Positions 35,573 to 43,711 are shown, counted from the first letter of the stretch. The stretch is 48,831 bases of DNA from Anaerolineae bacterium (GCA_035530015.1 DATKVP010000280.1:1-48831); one strand, 5' to 3'. Notes: generated by a model not told the origin, from the sequence alone. Program-made: numbers and translations.

Positions 35573-37198
35573 GTGCTAGAACTCAGCGAGATTGGTGGTC
35601 GTATCGCTGTGACCGGAGATACCTATCCGGTCGCTGACCTGCTGAAGGTCATTCCTGGGTACAGGTGGGAAAAGGCGCTCAGGGCCTGGACGTACCCGCT
35701 TACCCCCCACAGTCTCAACCTACTCAAGACTGCGTTTCCAGATGCAAGGTCAACACTTGTTGACCTCGAAACAAAAACCGACCTTCTGAAACAGGCCATG
35801 GAAGCAAAGGCGGCCGACAGGTTCATCCCGTTCGAGACCAGGATGAGGCCGTGGCTGCACCAGATGCGCTCGTTCTACTTCGCCAAGTATCGCCTCATGG
35901 CCCAGGGTGGGGCGATGCTGGCGCTCGATATGGGCACCGGCAAGTCCAAGGTGACGATCGACCTGATCAACGAGTTCGACTGCAAGCGCGTGCTGATCAC
36001 GTGCCCGCCGAACGTGATGGACGTGTGGCCCGAGCAGTTCGAGGAACACAGTCCGGCGCATCATCGCGTCTACGTCTGCAACCGGAAGCACTCGGTGGCG
36101 CGCAGGTGGAAGGAAGCCGAACAGTTCATGGAGGAGCACCACGGATGTGGCATCGTGGTCGTCAACCACGAGGCGGTGTGGATGCCGGGGTTCCGAAATG
36201 AGGCGCTCGCGTGGCCATGGGACATGCTGGTCGTGGACGAGTGTCACCGAGCGAAGCTCGCCAGTGGAAAGCTGAGCCGATACCTGCACCGCCTGTCCAA
36301 GCACATCCCGCTACGCCTGGGCCTCACGGGCACCCCGTGCCCCCACAGCATTGACGACTTCTACGCGCAGGCCAGGTTCATCGACGAGTCGGTGCACGGC
36401 ACCAACCACCAGGTGTACAAGTCCAAGTACATGGTACAGATACCTGGGCACAACGACAGCTACCAGAAGGTCATTGGCTTCAAGAACATGGACGACTGGA
36501 ACGAGAAGTTCCACAGCATGGCCATCCGCGTGGAGGCCGACGACGTGCTGGATCTGCCGGCGTGCGTACACACTACCAGGTACTGCGACCTAAGCCCCGA
36601 GGAAGAGACCGCCTACAACGACATGAAGCACGAGCTGATCGCCGAGGTCAAGGGCGGGGTCATCACCGCGGCGAACGCGCTGGTGAAGCTGCTGCGTCTG
36701 GCACAGATCGTACAGGGCACCGTGACCAACGCGATGGGAGACAGTGTAGAGATCGGAGTGTCCAAGAAGACGGTGCTCATCGATACGTTCCACGAGATCC
36801 CCACCAGCGAACCGGTGATCGTGTTTTGCCGATTCAAGTGCGACCTAAAGAACATCAAACTCGCAGCCGCCCGCGGCGGCCGTGACAGCTACGAGCTGTC
36901 CGGGGCATGCAAGGAGCTGGACGAGTGGAAGGCCAACGGCGGCGTTCTCGCCGTACAGATTCAGTCCGGTGGCGTCGGCATCAGTATGGTGCAGGCCAAG
37001 TACTGCATCTACATGTCGAAAGACTTCTCACTCGGGAACTACGAGCAGTCGTTGGCCCGCATCAAGCGGCCTGGGCAGAATCGTAACGTTACATACATTC
37101 ACATCCTCGCGAGGGGCACGATCGACGAGACGATCAACAAGGCGCTTGCCCAGCGCAAGGACACGATCGAGGCGATCCTCGAAGAAATGGGAAGTTAG
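35573..37198 (+). CDS. SNF2-family helicase / DNA-dependent ATPase
   Basis: Motif I LDMGTGKSK, motif II VVDECHR, motif III LGLTGTP. GTG 35573 is preferred because AAAGGAG lies 7 nt upstream. The track's TTG at 35567 is too close to the SD. Confidence 0.85.
   Translation: MLELSEIGGRIAVTGDTYPVADLLKVIPGYRWEKALRAWTYPLTPHSLNLLKTAFPDARSTLVDLETKTDLLKQAMEAKAADRFIPFETRMRPWLHQMRSFYFAKYRLMAQGGAMLALDMGTGKSKVTIDLINEFDCKRVLITCPPNVMDVWPEQFEEHSPAHHRVYVCNRKHSVARRWKEAEQFMEEHHGCGIVVVNHEAVWMPGFRNEALAWPWDMLVVDECHRAKLASGKLSRYLHRLSKHIPLRLGLTGTPCPHSIDDFYAQARFIDESVHGTNHQVYKSKYMVQIPGHNDSYQKVIGFKNMDDWNEKFHSMAIRVEADDVLDLPACVHTTRYCDLSPEEETAYNDMKHELIAEVKGGVITAANALVKLLRLAQIVQGTVTNAMGDSVEIGVSKKTVLIDTFHEIPTSEPVIVFCRFKCDLKNIKLAAARGGRDSYELSGACKELDEWKANGGVLAVQIQSGGVGISMVQAKYCIYMSKDFSLGNYEQSLARIKRPGQNRNVTYIHILARGTIDETINKALAQRKDTIEAILEEMGS
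35746..35767. repeat. palindrome family copy 5: AAGGTCAACA-CT-TGTTGACCTC
   Basis: Read directly. It lies inside the SNF2 gene and is translated as RSTLVDL. Confidence 0.9.
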
Positions 37199-37202
37199 GA
37201 CA

Positions 37203-37685
37203 ATGTTGAACGGGTGTAGGGGCTTTACTGCTGCTGTCAAGCAGTTGTTTGCCGAAGACCGTGAAGCCACTGGGGATGATGTTACTCTTCCCAGGATTTT
37301 GCCTGACGGATGGGAGATTGATCACGATGAAAGGGTCGTCAGAATCTACGAAGAGGTCAATCAAAACCCAATCAGACTAGCGAAGCTGGCAAAAATCATC
37401 GACCTGTGGTGGTACCTCGACTACATCGAGTGGTGCCTCGAATGTTTCACAACGACTGCGTGGGGTGGGTTTTCTCGCGTCCCCCTTGAGTGGTTCGTGT
37501 ACGAAGACTTCAACTACCTCCTGGACGTCTACAAGTGGGACATGACGCTTGGCAGCTTCGTAAGGGAACAGAAAAAGATCATCGGCACTCAACCGTGGAA
37601 GAGAACAATGTCACAAACACTAAAGGGGGTTACAGTTGTATCGAATCACCAGACCGTACAGTCAATACAAGACCAAACCCAATGA
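37203..37685 (+). CDS. hypothetical protein
   Basis: Start taken at MLNGCRG (ATG 37203), just after the SNF2 stop. Trp-rich. No motif recognised. Confidence 0.5.
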   Translation: MLNGCRGFTAAVKQLFAEDREATGDDVTLPRILPDGWEIDHDERVVRIYEEVNQNPIRLAKLAKIIDLWWYLDYIEWCLECFTTTAWGGFSRVPLEWFVYEDFNYLLDVYKWDMTLGSFVREQKKIIGTQPWKRTMSQTLKGVTVVSNHQTVQSIQDQTQ

Positions 37686-38010
37686 GGTCACGCTCGCCGT
37701 ACACGTTGACTCGCACGGCACGCCGAAGGCCACCTTTGAGATCGGCGAGACCGTGTTGAAGACGCTCGGGTGGTACGCCGGGGACGACTACATTGACCTG
37801 TACGTGGACGACAGCCCAGACGATCCGGCCGCCAACGTCGTCATGCTCAAGCCGGGCACGAGCTACAAGGTCCGGGCTGCCAGGGGAAACTCCGGCAAGG
37901 GCGTCGTTGTACTCCCTGCCGCGGCCATCAACGCAGAGGAATGGCCGTCTACAAGGACCACCGTAAACCACGAGGCGAATTTCTCCGCCCTGTACCTGGA
38001 CATTTCATGA
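37636..38010 (+). CDS. hypothetical protein
   Basis: TTG start with AAGGGGG 6 nt upstream. It overlaps the previous gene by 50 nt. Confidence 0.45.
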   Translation: MYRITRPYSQYKTKPNEVTLAVHVDSHGTPKATFEIGETVLKTLGWYAGDDYIDLYVDDSPDDPAANVVMLKPGTSYKVRAARGNSGKGVVVLPAAAINAEEWPSTRTTVNHEANFSALYLDIS

Positions 38011-38624
38011 GCTTCATCATCGACGGCACGTGCGAGTTTATTCACATCCCCAAGACCGCGGGGGTGTGGATCGAGAACGTCTGCAAGCCGTGGATCGAGA
38101 TCGCCGGCACAAACCACGACCGCGGTGGTCGGCACAGTGGTGCTCTCACGAAAATGCGTAGCTTCGCGGTGGCTCGTGAGCCATACTCGTGGATGCAGAG
38201 CTGTGTTGGCTACACCCAAAAGCGCTGGATCATCGTCGAGAAGAACTACCCAGGGTGGTTCCTTCAGTGTGAGTACAAGCGAATCGGTCGCGACCTGAAG
38301 ACGCTGAGGATCAAGAACGTGCACGTCAACAAGGTCCTCGAGGAGTACCTCAAGAAGATGCCGGGAGAGTACAGCCGGGCCACGCTGACGTGGTACGAGA
38401 ACGCCGACAGGCTGGTGAACTTCGGCCACCTGCACGACGACCTCATGGCCACGCTCAGGGCTTTCAAGTGTCCCCACGCGCACCGCATCGAAGTGAAGGC
38501 CAAGAACACTGAGCCAATGAACACGTCGAAGGACAAGCAAACACAGGCCAGCCCGGAGCTGATTCAAGCGCTTCGAGAGGCCGAACACGAGTGGTACGAC
38601 CACACAAAAGGGGGACAAGGATGA
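38007..38624 (+). CDS. sulfotransferase-like protein (Sulfotransfer_2-type motifs)
   Basis: FIHIPKTAG resembles the 5'-PSB loop (hIPKTGGT), and VAREPYSWMQS resembles the 3'-PB motif (RxPxxRxxS). ATGA overlap at the start. Confidence 0.55.
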   Translation: MSFIIDGTCEFIHIPKTAGVWIENVCKPWIEIAGTNHDRGGRHSGALTKMRSFAVAREPYSWMQSCVGYTQKRWIIVEKNYPGWFLQCEYKRIGRDLKTLRIKNVHVNKVLEEYLKKMPGEYSRATLTWYENADRLVNFGHLHDDLMATLRAFKCPHAHRIEVKAKNTEPMNTSKDKQTQASPELIQALREAEHEWYDHTKGGQG

Positions 38625-39046
38625 TCGACACTGCACTGATCCGTAGATTCATGGACCACCGCATTCGACGCTTTCGTGCCGAGGATGACCTGAGGGCCAT
38701 GAAGAACGAAGAGAAAGACATGGCGAGACAGATCAACTCGATGCTTGCGTCAGAAAGCGCCGGCAAGGTCAACATCGATGGCCACACCGTGTATCCCATG
38801 CGGGTGATGCGCGCCAGCACCGTGGGCGGCTGCATGCCGATGCTCATTGACGGATTCAAGAACCTCGGGATGGACTCCATCGTCAGTCAGACGATCAACG
38901 CGCAGACGCTCACCGGGTTCGTGAACGAGTACGACCCGGACCGGATGATGAGCGCCGAAGAACTGGCGGAGAAGCTGCCCGACGAGATCCGAGAGTTCAT
39001 CAACCTGTACGAGGACCTCATGGTCGGTGTTCGGAAGAGCGGATGA
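38621..39046 (+). CDS. hypothetical protein
   Basis: 141-aa ORF with GGGGGA upstream and an ATGA overlap. Confidence 0.55.
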   Translation: MIDTALIRRFMDHRIRRFRAEDDLRAMKNEEKDMARQINSMLASESAGKVNIDGHTVYPMRVMRASTVGGCMPMLIDGFKNLGMDSIVSQTINAQTLTGFVNEYDPDRMMSAEELAEKLPDEIREFINLYEDLMVGVRKSG

Positions 39047-39231
39047 ACGACGCCACGTACATTGACATCTTGGAAGGTGTTACAATAGCGGCCTGGAAAC
39101 TGAGGAAGAAGGCCACACAAAAAAACCTGGACAGGCTTGACAAGGCCCTGCGTCGATACGACAGGATACTGGGATGGAACGGTGTCCTCCGAGACTCGAA
39201 AACAGGACAATGGAAAGGACGTGTGCTGTGA
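39043..39231 (+). CDS. hypothetical small protein
   Basis: 62-aa ORF with an ATGA overlap. Confidence 0.5.
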   Translation: MNDATYIDILEGVTIAAWKLRKKATQKNLDRLDKALRRYDRILGWNGVLRDSKTGQWKGRVL

Positions 39232-39566
39232 GTGACATTGTGGAGCGGTTGCGGAACCTAGCAAAAGCCTATCCGATTGATGTTTTCCCAGAGCCAGCAC
39301 CGGGCCAACACGGGAAAACGGTCGATCAATGTTCGGCGTCGATGGGGCGACACTTCTCCGGGGTGTTTACTGAAGCCGCCGTTCGCATCGAGGAACTGGT
39401 CGCATTCGCGCACATGCTTGGGATCTGGGCACAGGACGGCTTCGTGTCGTGGTCACTGGTTGACAAGGACTCACTGTACAAAATAGGTGAGGCGTACATG
39501 AAGCTGTTCCCGGCCAGGGATATTGATAAGGTTTTTGATGAGGTGCTGGAGGCCGACGATGAGTGA
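39228..39566 (+). CDS. small protein, first 'SD...DDE' cassette
   Basis: GTG AGT GAC start overlaps the upstream stop (GTGA). The product (V)SDIVERLRNL... ends in ...VLEADDE*. Confidence 0.5.
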   Translation: MSDIVERLRNLAKAYPIDVFPEPAPGQHGKTVDQCSASMGRHFSGVFTEAAVRIEELVAFAHMLGIWAQDGFVSWSLVDKDSLYKIGEAYMKLFPARDIDKVFDEVLEADDE

Positions 39567-39663
39567 CGGCTTATTTATCGTTGTGACAGTGATCTCGGTT
39601 GCTGTTTTGTTGCCGGTGCTCATAAGAGTTTACTCTGACTGGATTGATAGGTGGTTGAGATGA
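39559..39663 (+). CDS. 34-aa single-TMD miniprotein (not in the ORF track)
   Basis: Hand translation: MSDGLFIVVTVISVAVLLPVLIRVYSDWIDRWLR*. It starts in the conserved ATGAGTGAC junction and ends in an ATGA overlap with the next gene. Confidence 0.45.
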   Translation: MSDGLFIVVTVISVAVLLPVLIRVYSDWIDRWLR

Positions 39664-39917
39664 GTGACATTGCAGAACAACTGCTGCTCTATCGGAGGGA
39701 TGTAGACATTCAGTGGGGCGTCCTGTACGACAAGATCGGCGAAGCCGCCGACGAGATCAAGCGCCTTCGCTCTGCCCTTGAGGAAATCAGCCTCGGCAAA
39801 GGGCCGTACAATCGCAACCCCCTGATCCACGCGGAAAACATAATTGAGGACATGAAGGCCATCGCCATCGGAGCACTCAATGGGACGTGGAAGCCGGAGG
39901 CCGACGGTGGGCTGTGA
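39660..39917 (+). CDS. small protein with AADEIKRLR motif
   Basis: MSDIAEQLLLYRR...EAADEIKRLRSALEE. Paralogous motif to the 40160 gene. Confidence 0.55.
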   Translation: MSDIAEQLLLYRRDVDIQWGVLYDKIGEAADEIKRLRSALEEISLGKGPYNRNPLIHAENIIEDMKAIAIGALNGTWKPEADGGL

Positions 39918-39921
39918 CACG

Positions 39922-40167
39922 ATGGTCACCTGCGAAAGCTGCCGCGAAACCATTGACTGCGGCTACGGCTCCTATCGCTCATTCAACCTCCGGGAAGAAC
40001 GTGGAATAAAAAAACACCTCCACTGCAAAGGACCAGTAACCGCATGGTCCCACGACTGGTGCTACCACAAAGGCGACGACCTGATGATCCAGGCACGAGC
40101 CGGTGGCGACCTGTATATCGAAAACGAGAAAACGTTCAAGCAAATACCGGAGGCCGACGATGAGTGA
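39922..40167 (+). CDS. small Cys-rich protein
   Basis: MVTCESCRETIDCGYG...HCKG... ends in ...IPEADDE* within the conserved junction. Confidence 0.5.
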   Translation: MVTCESCRETIDCGYGSYRSFNLREERGIKKHLHCKGPVTAWSHDWCYHKGDDLMIQARAGGDLYIENEKTFKQIPEADDE

Positions 40168-40528
40168 CCAAATCAGCACATACGCCTACAGGGACATTGC
40201 TGAAAACACAACATGGCTCAGGGCACAGGCTGAATACTGGAACAAGGTGAAAAATATTGATGTGAGTACCATTCCTGGTCTGCTCGCAGCAGCAGCCGAC
40301 GAAATCGAACGCCTCCGCGCCGAGCTTGCCAACTGTCAAAACGGTGCCGAGATTCAGCGCGAGATGATCGACGCGATGTCCCGCAACTACGACGCAGCGC
40401 ATGGAGGTGACGCCGAGCCGCCACTGTGGGTATTGGAATGTGGTTCCTGTGGCGGCACTCATTGGGCAGAATACACGTCACCCTGGGGCAAAAAGACTTG
40501 CCGAGACTGTGGTGCGGACGATGAGTGA
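40160..40528 (+). CDS. small protein with AADEIERLR motif and C-terminal zinc ribbon
   Basis: MSDQISTY...AAADEIERLRAELANC...CGSCGG...CRDCGADDE*. Confidence 0.55.
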   Translation: MSDQISTYAYRDIAENTTWLRAQAEYWNKVKNIDVSTIPGLLAAAADEIERLRAELANCQNGAEIQREMIDAMSRNYDAAHGGDAEPPLWVLECGSCGGTHWAEYTSPWGKKTCRDCGADDE

Positions 40529-40715
40529 CACAAGCTACGACGAAGATGTTGTTGCCGCGTTGGTGCTTCAGCACCTTGGGGAATGTCCAGATCTCGGCAC
40601 TGGTCTTTTCCGGGCCAGGGTGACGTGGTGCGCCCTCGGGGAATGCCCAGAGCGGAGAGAAGCAGACCGTCGAATCCGTGACCTCGACGCAGCGAAGGGA
40701 GGCGACGATGAGTGA
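40521..40715 (+). CDS. 64-aa small protein
   Basis: MSDTSYDED... has an internal repeat LGECPD / LGECPE and ends in ...GGDDE*. Confidence 0.5.
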   Translation: MSDTSYDEDVVAALVLQHLGECPDLGTGLFRARVTWCALGECPERREADRRIRDLDAAKGGDDE

Positions 40716-41187
40716 CCTAAGACACGTCTACGATGACGGGTGGGACGCGCTGAAATCAGTTCTGTACCCGGAGTTTGGCAAAGATTACATGATCGCCAAG
40801 GAGCCGATGGTCTGGGATGCGGCTCACAAACTCAAGCGACAAGACGACCGCATCGAGGAGTTGTTGGCAGGGATTGGGCGGTGCGAACGGAGAGCCGAGG
40901 CAGACATGAATACAATCCGTGCCCTGAGAAAAGAAAACGAAAAGCTGGTAGACGAATGCTGCCAACTCAAAGAGGGGTACACGTCAATCCGTGTTCAGTT
41001 TGCCACGTTTACCAAGACGGTTGGTGGAGCCTTCGCGAATGCGTTCAAGGAGGGATTCATGGAGGGCTGGATGGATGGGAAGCATGGAACCAGCCCAGAC
41101 CCATCCCCTGTGGTGGATGCCGCATGGGAGAAAAGCAAGCACATCAACTTCATCAACATGGTTGACTGCGGAGGTGGCGATGAGTGA
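40708..41187 (+). CDS. hypothetical protein
   Basis: MSDLRHVYDDGW... has a coiled-coil middle and ends in ...CGGGDE*. Confidence 0.55.
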   Translation: MSDLRHVYDDGWDALKSVLYPEFGKDYMIAKEPMVWDAAHKLKRQDDRIEELLAGIGRCERRAEADMNTIRALRKENEKLVDECCQLKEGYTSIRVQFATFTKTVGGAFANAFKEGFMEGWMDGKHGTSPDPSPVVDAAWEKSKHINFINMVDCGGGDE

Positions 41188-41638
41188 CGTGAGACGTGTG
41201 ATTGTGGACAGCACCAAGGAGATACTGGAGGAGGCGTCCGGTTTCATGTTGGAGGCTGAAGGAACTGATTTCATAGTTGATGACCCCGGCGGCACCCACG
41301 CCCTACTCCCGTGGGAGGAGTACACTCGGCTGCTTGATGCAATTCGGATATTTGAATTGGGGTGGCCCGAAGATGACGCCCCGGAGGAGGAGTATGAGCG
41401 AATGCAGCGGGTGGCCGAGGAGTTCGGAAGCACATGGGGGCATTTAACAGATCAGCAGAGGGGACATTTTGCGGAGGTTTCGCCGTTCGCAAGGAAATCC
41501 CATAACGCCGAGCTGGAGAGTGTGGACGAGCCGTGCGAGACGTGCGGGGGGAGCGGGAAGGTCGCTTCGCCGCCGTCGGCGTTTGGTGTTGACCCGCCAA
41601 CTGAACTATGCCCCGACTGTGGCGCGGTGTGGAAATGA
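41180..41638 (+). CDS. hypothetical protein with C-terminal zinc ribbon
   Basis: MSDVRRVIVD...CETCGGSGKV...CPDCGAVWK*. Confidence 0.55.
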   Translation: MSDVRRVIVDSTKEILEEASGFMLEAEGTDFIVDDPGGTHALLPWEEYTRLLDAIRIFELGWPEDDAPEEEYERMQRVAEEFGSTWGHLTDQQRGHFAEVSPFARKSHNAELESVDEPCETCGGSGKVASPPSAFGVDPPTELCPDCGAVWK

Positions 41639-41940
41639 CTAGCATCAACGTAATGGGTGTGCCGTACACGCTCGAGCTGGTGGACGTGGTGGACGACCAG
41701 GACGATACCATCATCGGCCGGGTGGTGTTCGAGGAACAGAAGATCCAGGTCAGGTCCTCCATGGGACCTGAGGCCGTCAGAGCCACCGTGCTCCACGAGC
41801 TGATCCACGCCATCGACAACGAGTGCAACCTCGGCCGCAACGGGCACCTCCCCGAGGCAATAGTGTCGCGTGTCGCGTCATCCCTGTTCATCACACTTGC
41901 GCTAAACCCGTCACTCGCGAAACGGCTGTTCGATGTATAG
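41635..41940 (+). CDS. small HExxH protein (putative zinc metallopeptidase)
   Basis: 101 aa with ATVLHELIHAIDNE. ATGA overlap at the start. Confidence 0.5.
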   Translation: MTSINVMGVPYTLELVDVVDDQDDTIIGRVVFEEQKIQVRSSMGPEAVRATVLHELIHAIDNECNLGRNGHLPEAIVSRVASSLFITLALNPSLAKRLFDV

Positions 41941-42214
41941 GGCTGTCCTGCTTGCGGCGTTACTGTGCCCGCTCCAGGTCCACCAGGGTGAGCGCGTGAG
42001 ACTGACGGTGTTCTACGCACACGAGGGCGGCAGCTACTACAAGACCGGCGAGGTCCAGACTGCGGCCGTAGACGGCGAAGCAAACGTCACGGCGGAGGGG
42101 CACCCGGTAGGCGCAAGGTGGATGGTCAACGGTGTCGAGGTGAAACGCTGTGGAGTGGAGTACCTATTCACAGATGGTTTTGAGGGTGGTGACACAGGGA
42201 AGTGGAATGATTGA
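41933..42214 (+). CDS. hypothetical protein with a signal-peptide-like N-terminus
   Basis: MYRAVLLAALLCPLQV... 93 aa. Weak RBS. Confidence 0.45.
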   Translation: MYRAVLLAALLCPLQVHQGERVRLTVFYAHEGGSYYKTGEVQTAAVDGEANVTAEGHPVGARWMVNGVEVKRCGVEYLFTDGFEGGDTGKWND

Positions 42215-42329
42215 TGTTGTGCTGCTCTTTGTTTTCCTGTACACTGGCATGCGAGCCGCCGAGCACATCGGCGGTATTATCAACCCCATCTTCCGGGAAA
42301 GGAAGAAAAAGGAGAACGGATATGTCTAA
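42207..42329 (+). CDS. 40-aa single-TMD miniprotein (not in the ORF track)
   Basis: Hand translation: MIDVVLLFVFLYTGMRAAEHIGGIINPIFRERKKKENGYV*. It fills the otherwise RBS-less 5' extension of track ORF 42211..42942 and overlaps both neighbours. Confidence 0.4.
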   Translation: MIDVVLLFVFLYTGMRAAEHIGGIINPIFRERKKKENGYV

Positions 42330-42942
42330 TGGCGTCGGACCCGTGGGTTACTTCTACACGTCGCAGATGTTCATGGAGCTGATGAGGGAGGTGTTCCAGA
42401 AGGTCGGTGACTCAATCACCGCCAGGGGCAACGTCTACCACAGGGGGGCGTTCTACGAGGATGCTGCCCTCGCCATCGGTATTCTCTGTGACCGCAACTT
42501 CGCTTCGATGAAGGAGAGCGAATACAACTGGCGGTGGTGGGCTGATGAGCTGAAGAAGCGTGCCCTGGCTGTCGGGACGGACGCGCCGAACGCCATGAAG
42601 CTCCCCGGTCGATGGAAGGAGGACCGGGACGGATACGAGAACACCACCAACTACCTCGACCTCTGCTGGCGGCAGATGTTTGGGGCATTCCATGAGGAAG
42701 AGATTGATTACCAGACCTCTCCCATGGGAGACACCACCCCCGCCGAGTGCGTCAAGATCACCTGGCACTTCCTGCGCTGGCTGGAGAAGACCCTCAAGTA
42801 CAAGAAGTTGGAATGGCAGTGGGTCGGGGCCTGCAAGGATGAGCTGCTGGCAGTCTTCACCAGGATGGGTGAGACGACGACGGCCGGCGGTTGGACTCCT
42901 GGTGGTGGCCCGATGCCGCCGATCTCGTGGCCTGGTCAGTAG
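42322..42942 (+). CDS. hypothetical protein
   Basis: Start taken at MSNGVGPVGY, with AAAAGGAGAA 5 nt upstream. Trp-rich. Confidence 0.55.
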   Translation: MSNGVGPVGYFYTSQMFMELMREVFQKVGDSITARGNVYHRGAFYEDAALAIGILCDRNFASMKESEYNWRWWADELKKRALAVGTDAPNAMKLPGRWKEDRDGYENTTNYLDLCWRQMFGAFHEEEIDYQTSPMGDTTPAECVKITWHFLRWLEKTLKYKKLEWQWVGACKDELLAVFTRMGETTTAGGWTPGGGPMPPISWPGQ

Positions 42943-42978
42943 TGTCCTAACATCAACTCTTAAACATAGGAGGTCTGA

Positions 42979-43692
42979 ATGTCCGACGCGATCGCGAAAG
43001 CTGGAACGTTCGCAGCCCTGGCCGTCCCCGAAGGTGACTTCGGGCTCCAGGACATCGTCACCATCAACATGGGCGGTCAGGGGATCGACCCCAACAAACT
43101 TGACCGTGTCAAGGTACCAAGCGGTGGCAACCTGGCGTGGGAGGTCATCGACGAAAACGGAGAGCCAGAGCCCAGGAAAGAGCTGGTCGGCGTCATCGTT
43201 GGTCAGTTCCCGACCAGGGTGTACTACGCAACCGAGTACACCGGAGGCAACGAGTCCCCGGACTGCTCCAGCCAGGACGGCATCAACGGAGTACCACAGG
43301 AGTCCGGCCTCGGGTACGGTGGCAAGTGCTCGTCGTGCCCCAAGTCCCAGTGGGCCAACGGCCAGAAGCCGGAGTGCTCGCAGCGCAAGAAGCTGCTGCT
43401 GCTTGAACCGGACTCTATCCTGCCGCTGGTCATCGACGTGCCACCCACGTCGCTCGACCCCGTGGACAAGTACCTGCTTCGCATCACGAAGAAGAAGGTC
43501 CTGTTCTTCCAGTGTGTGACCAGCCTCAAGCTGTCCAAGGAGAAGAACAAGGGCGGCATTGAATATGCGCGCATCGCCCCTGGGTTCGTCCGGGTCTTGG
43601 ACGCTGACGAGCGGGCCTCGGCGTTCGCCATCTACAAGGGCCTGTCACAGGCGTTCTCGTCGGCGTCTCTGGAAGACGAGCCCCCGTACTAG
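42979..43692 (+). CDS. hypothetical protein with a 4-Cys cluster and acidic C-terminal tail (ssDNA-binding or recombination candidate)
   Basis: The cluster is SPDCSS...GGKCSSCPKSQW...PECSQ. The tail ...SASLEDEPPY* resembles the acidic/aromatic tails of SSBs. Strong RBS TAGGAGG. The functional call is speculative. Confidence 0.3.
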   Translation: MSDAIAKAGTFAALAVPEGDFGLQDIVTINMGGQGIDPNKLDRVKVPSGGNLAWEVIDENGEPEPRKELVGVIVGQFPTRVYYATEYTGGNESPDCSSQDGINGVPQESGLGYGGKCSSCPKSQWANGQKPECSQRKKLLLLEPDSILPLVIDVPPTSLDPVDKYLLRITKKKVLFFQCVTSLKLSKEKNKGGIEYARIAPGFVRVLDADERASAFAIYKGLSQAFSSASLEDEPPY

Positions 43693-43711
43693 GCCAACAG
43701 GTGTTGACCTC
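43690..43711. repeat. palindrome family copy 6: TAGGCCAACA-GG-TGTTGACCTC
   Basis: Read directly. It starts on the TAG stop codon of the previous gene and abuts the terminator. Confidence 0.85.

Noticed and set aside
35556-35579. 7-codon mini-ORF (MKGDCMC*) overlapping the SNF2 RBS and start, as a possible leader peptide.
   Set aside because: It has no SD of its own, is very short, and is explained by chance ATGs in the AT-rich promoter-proximal leader.
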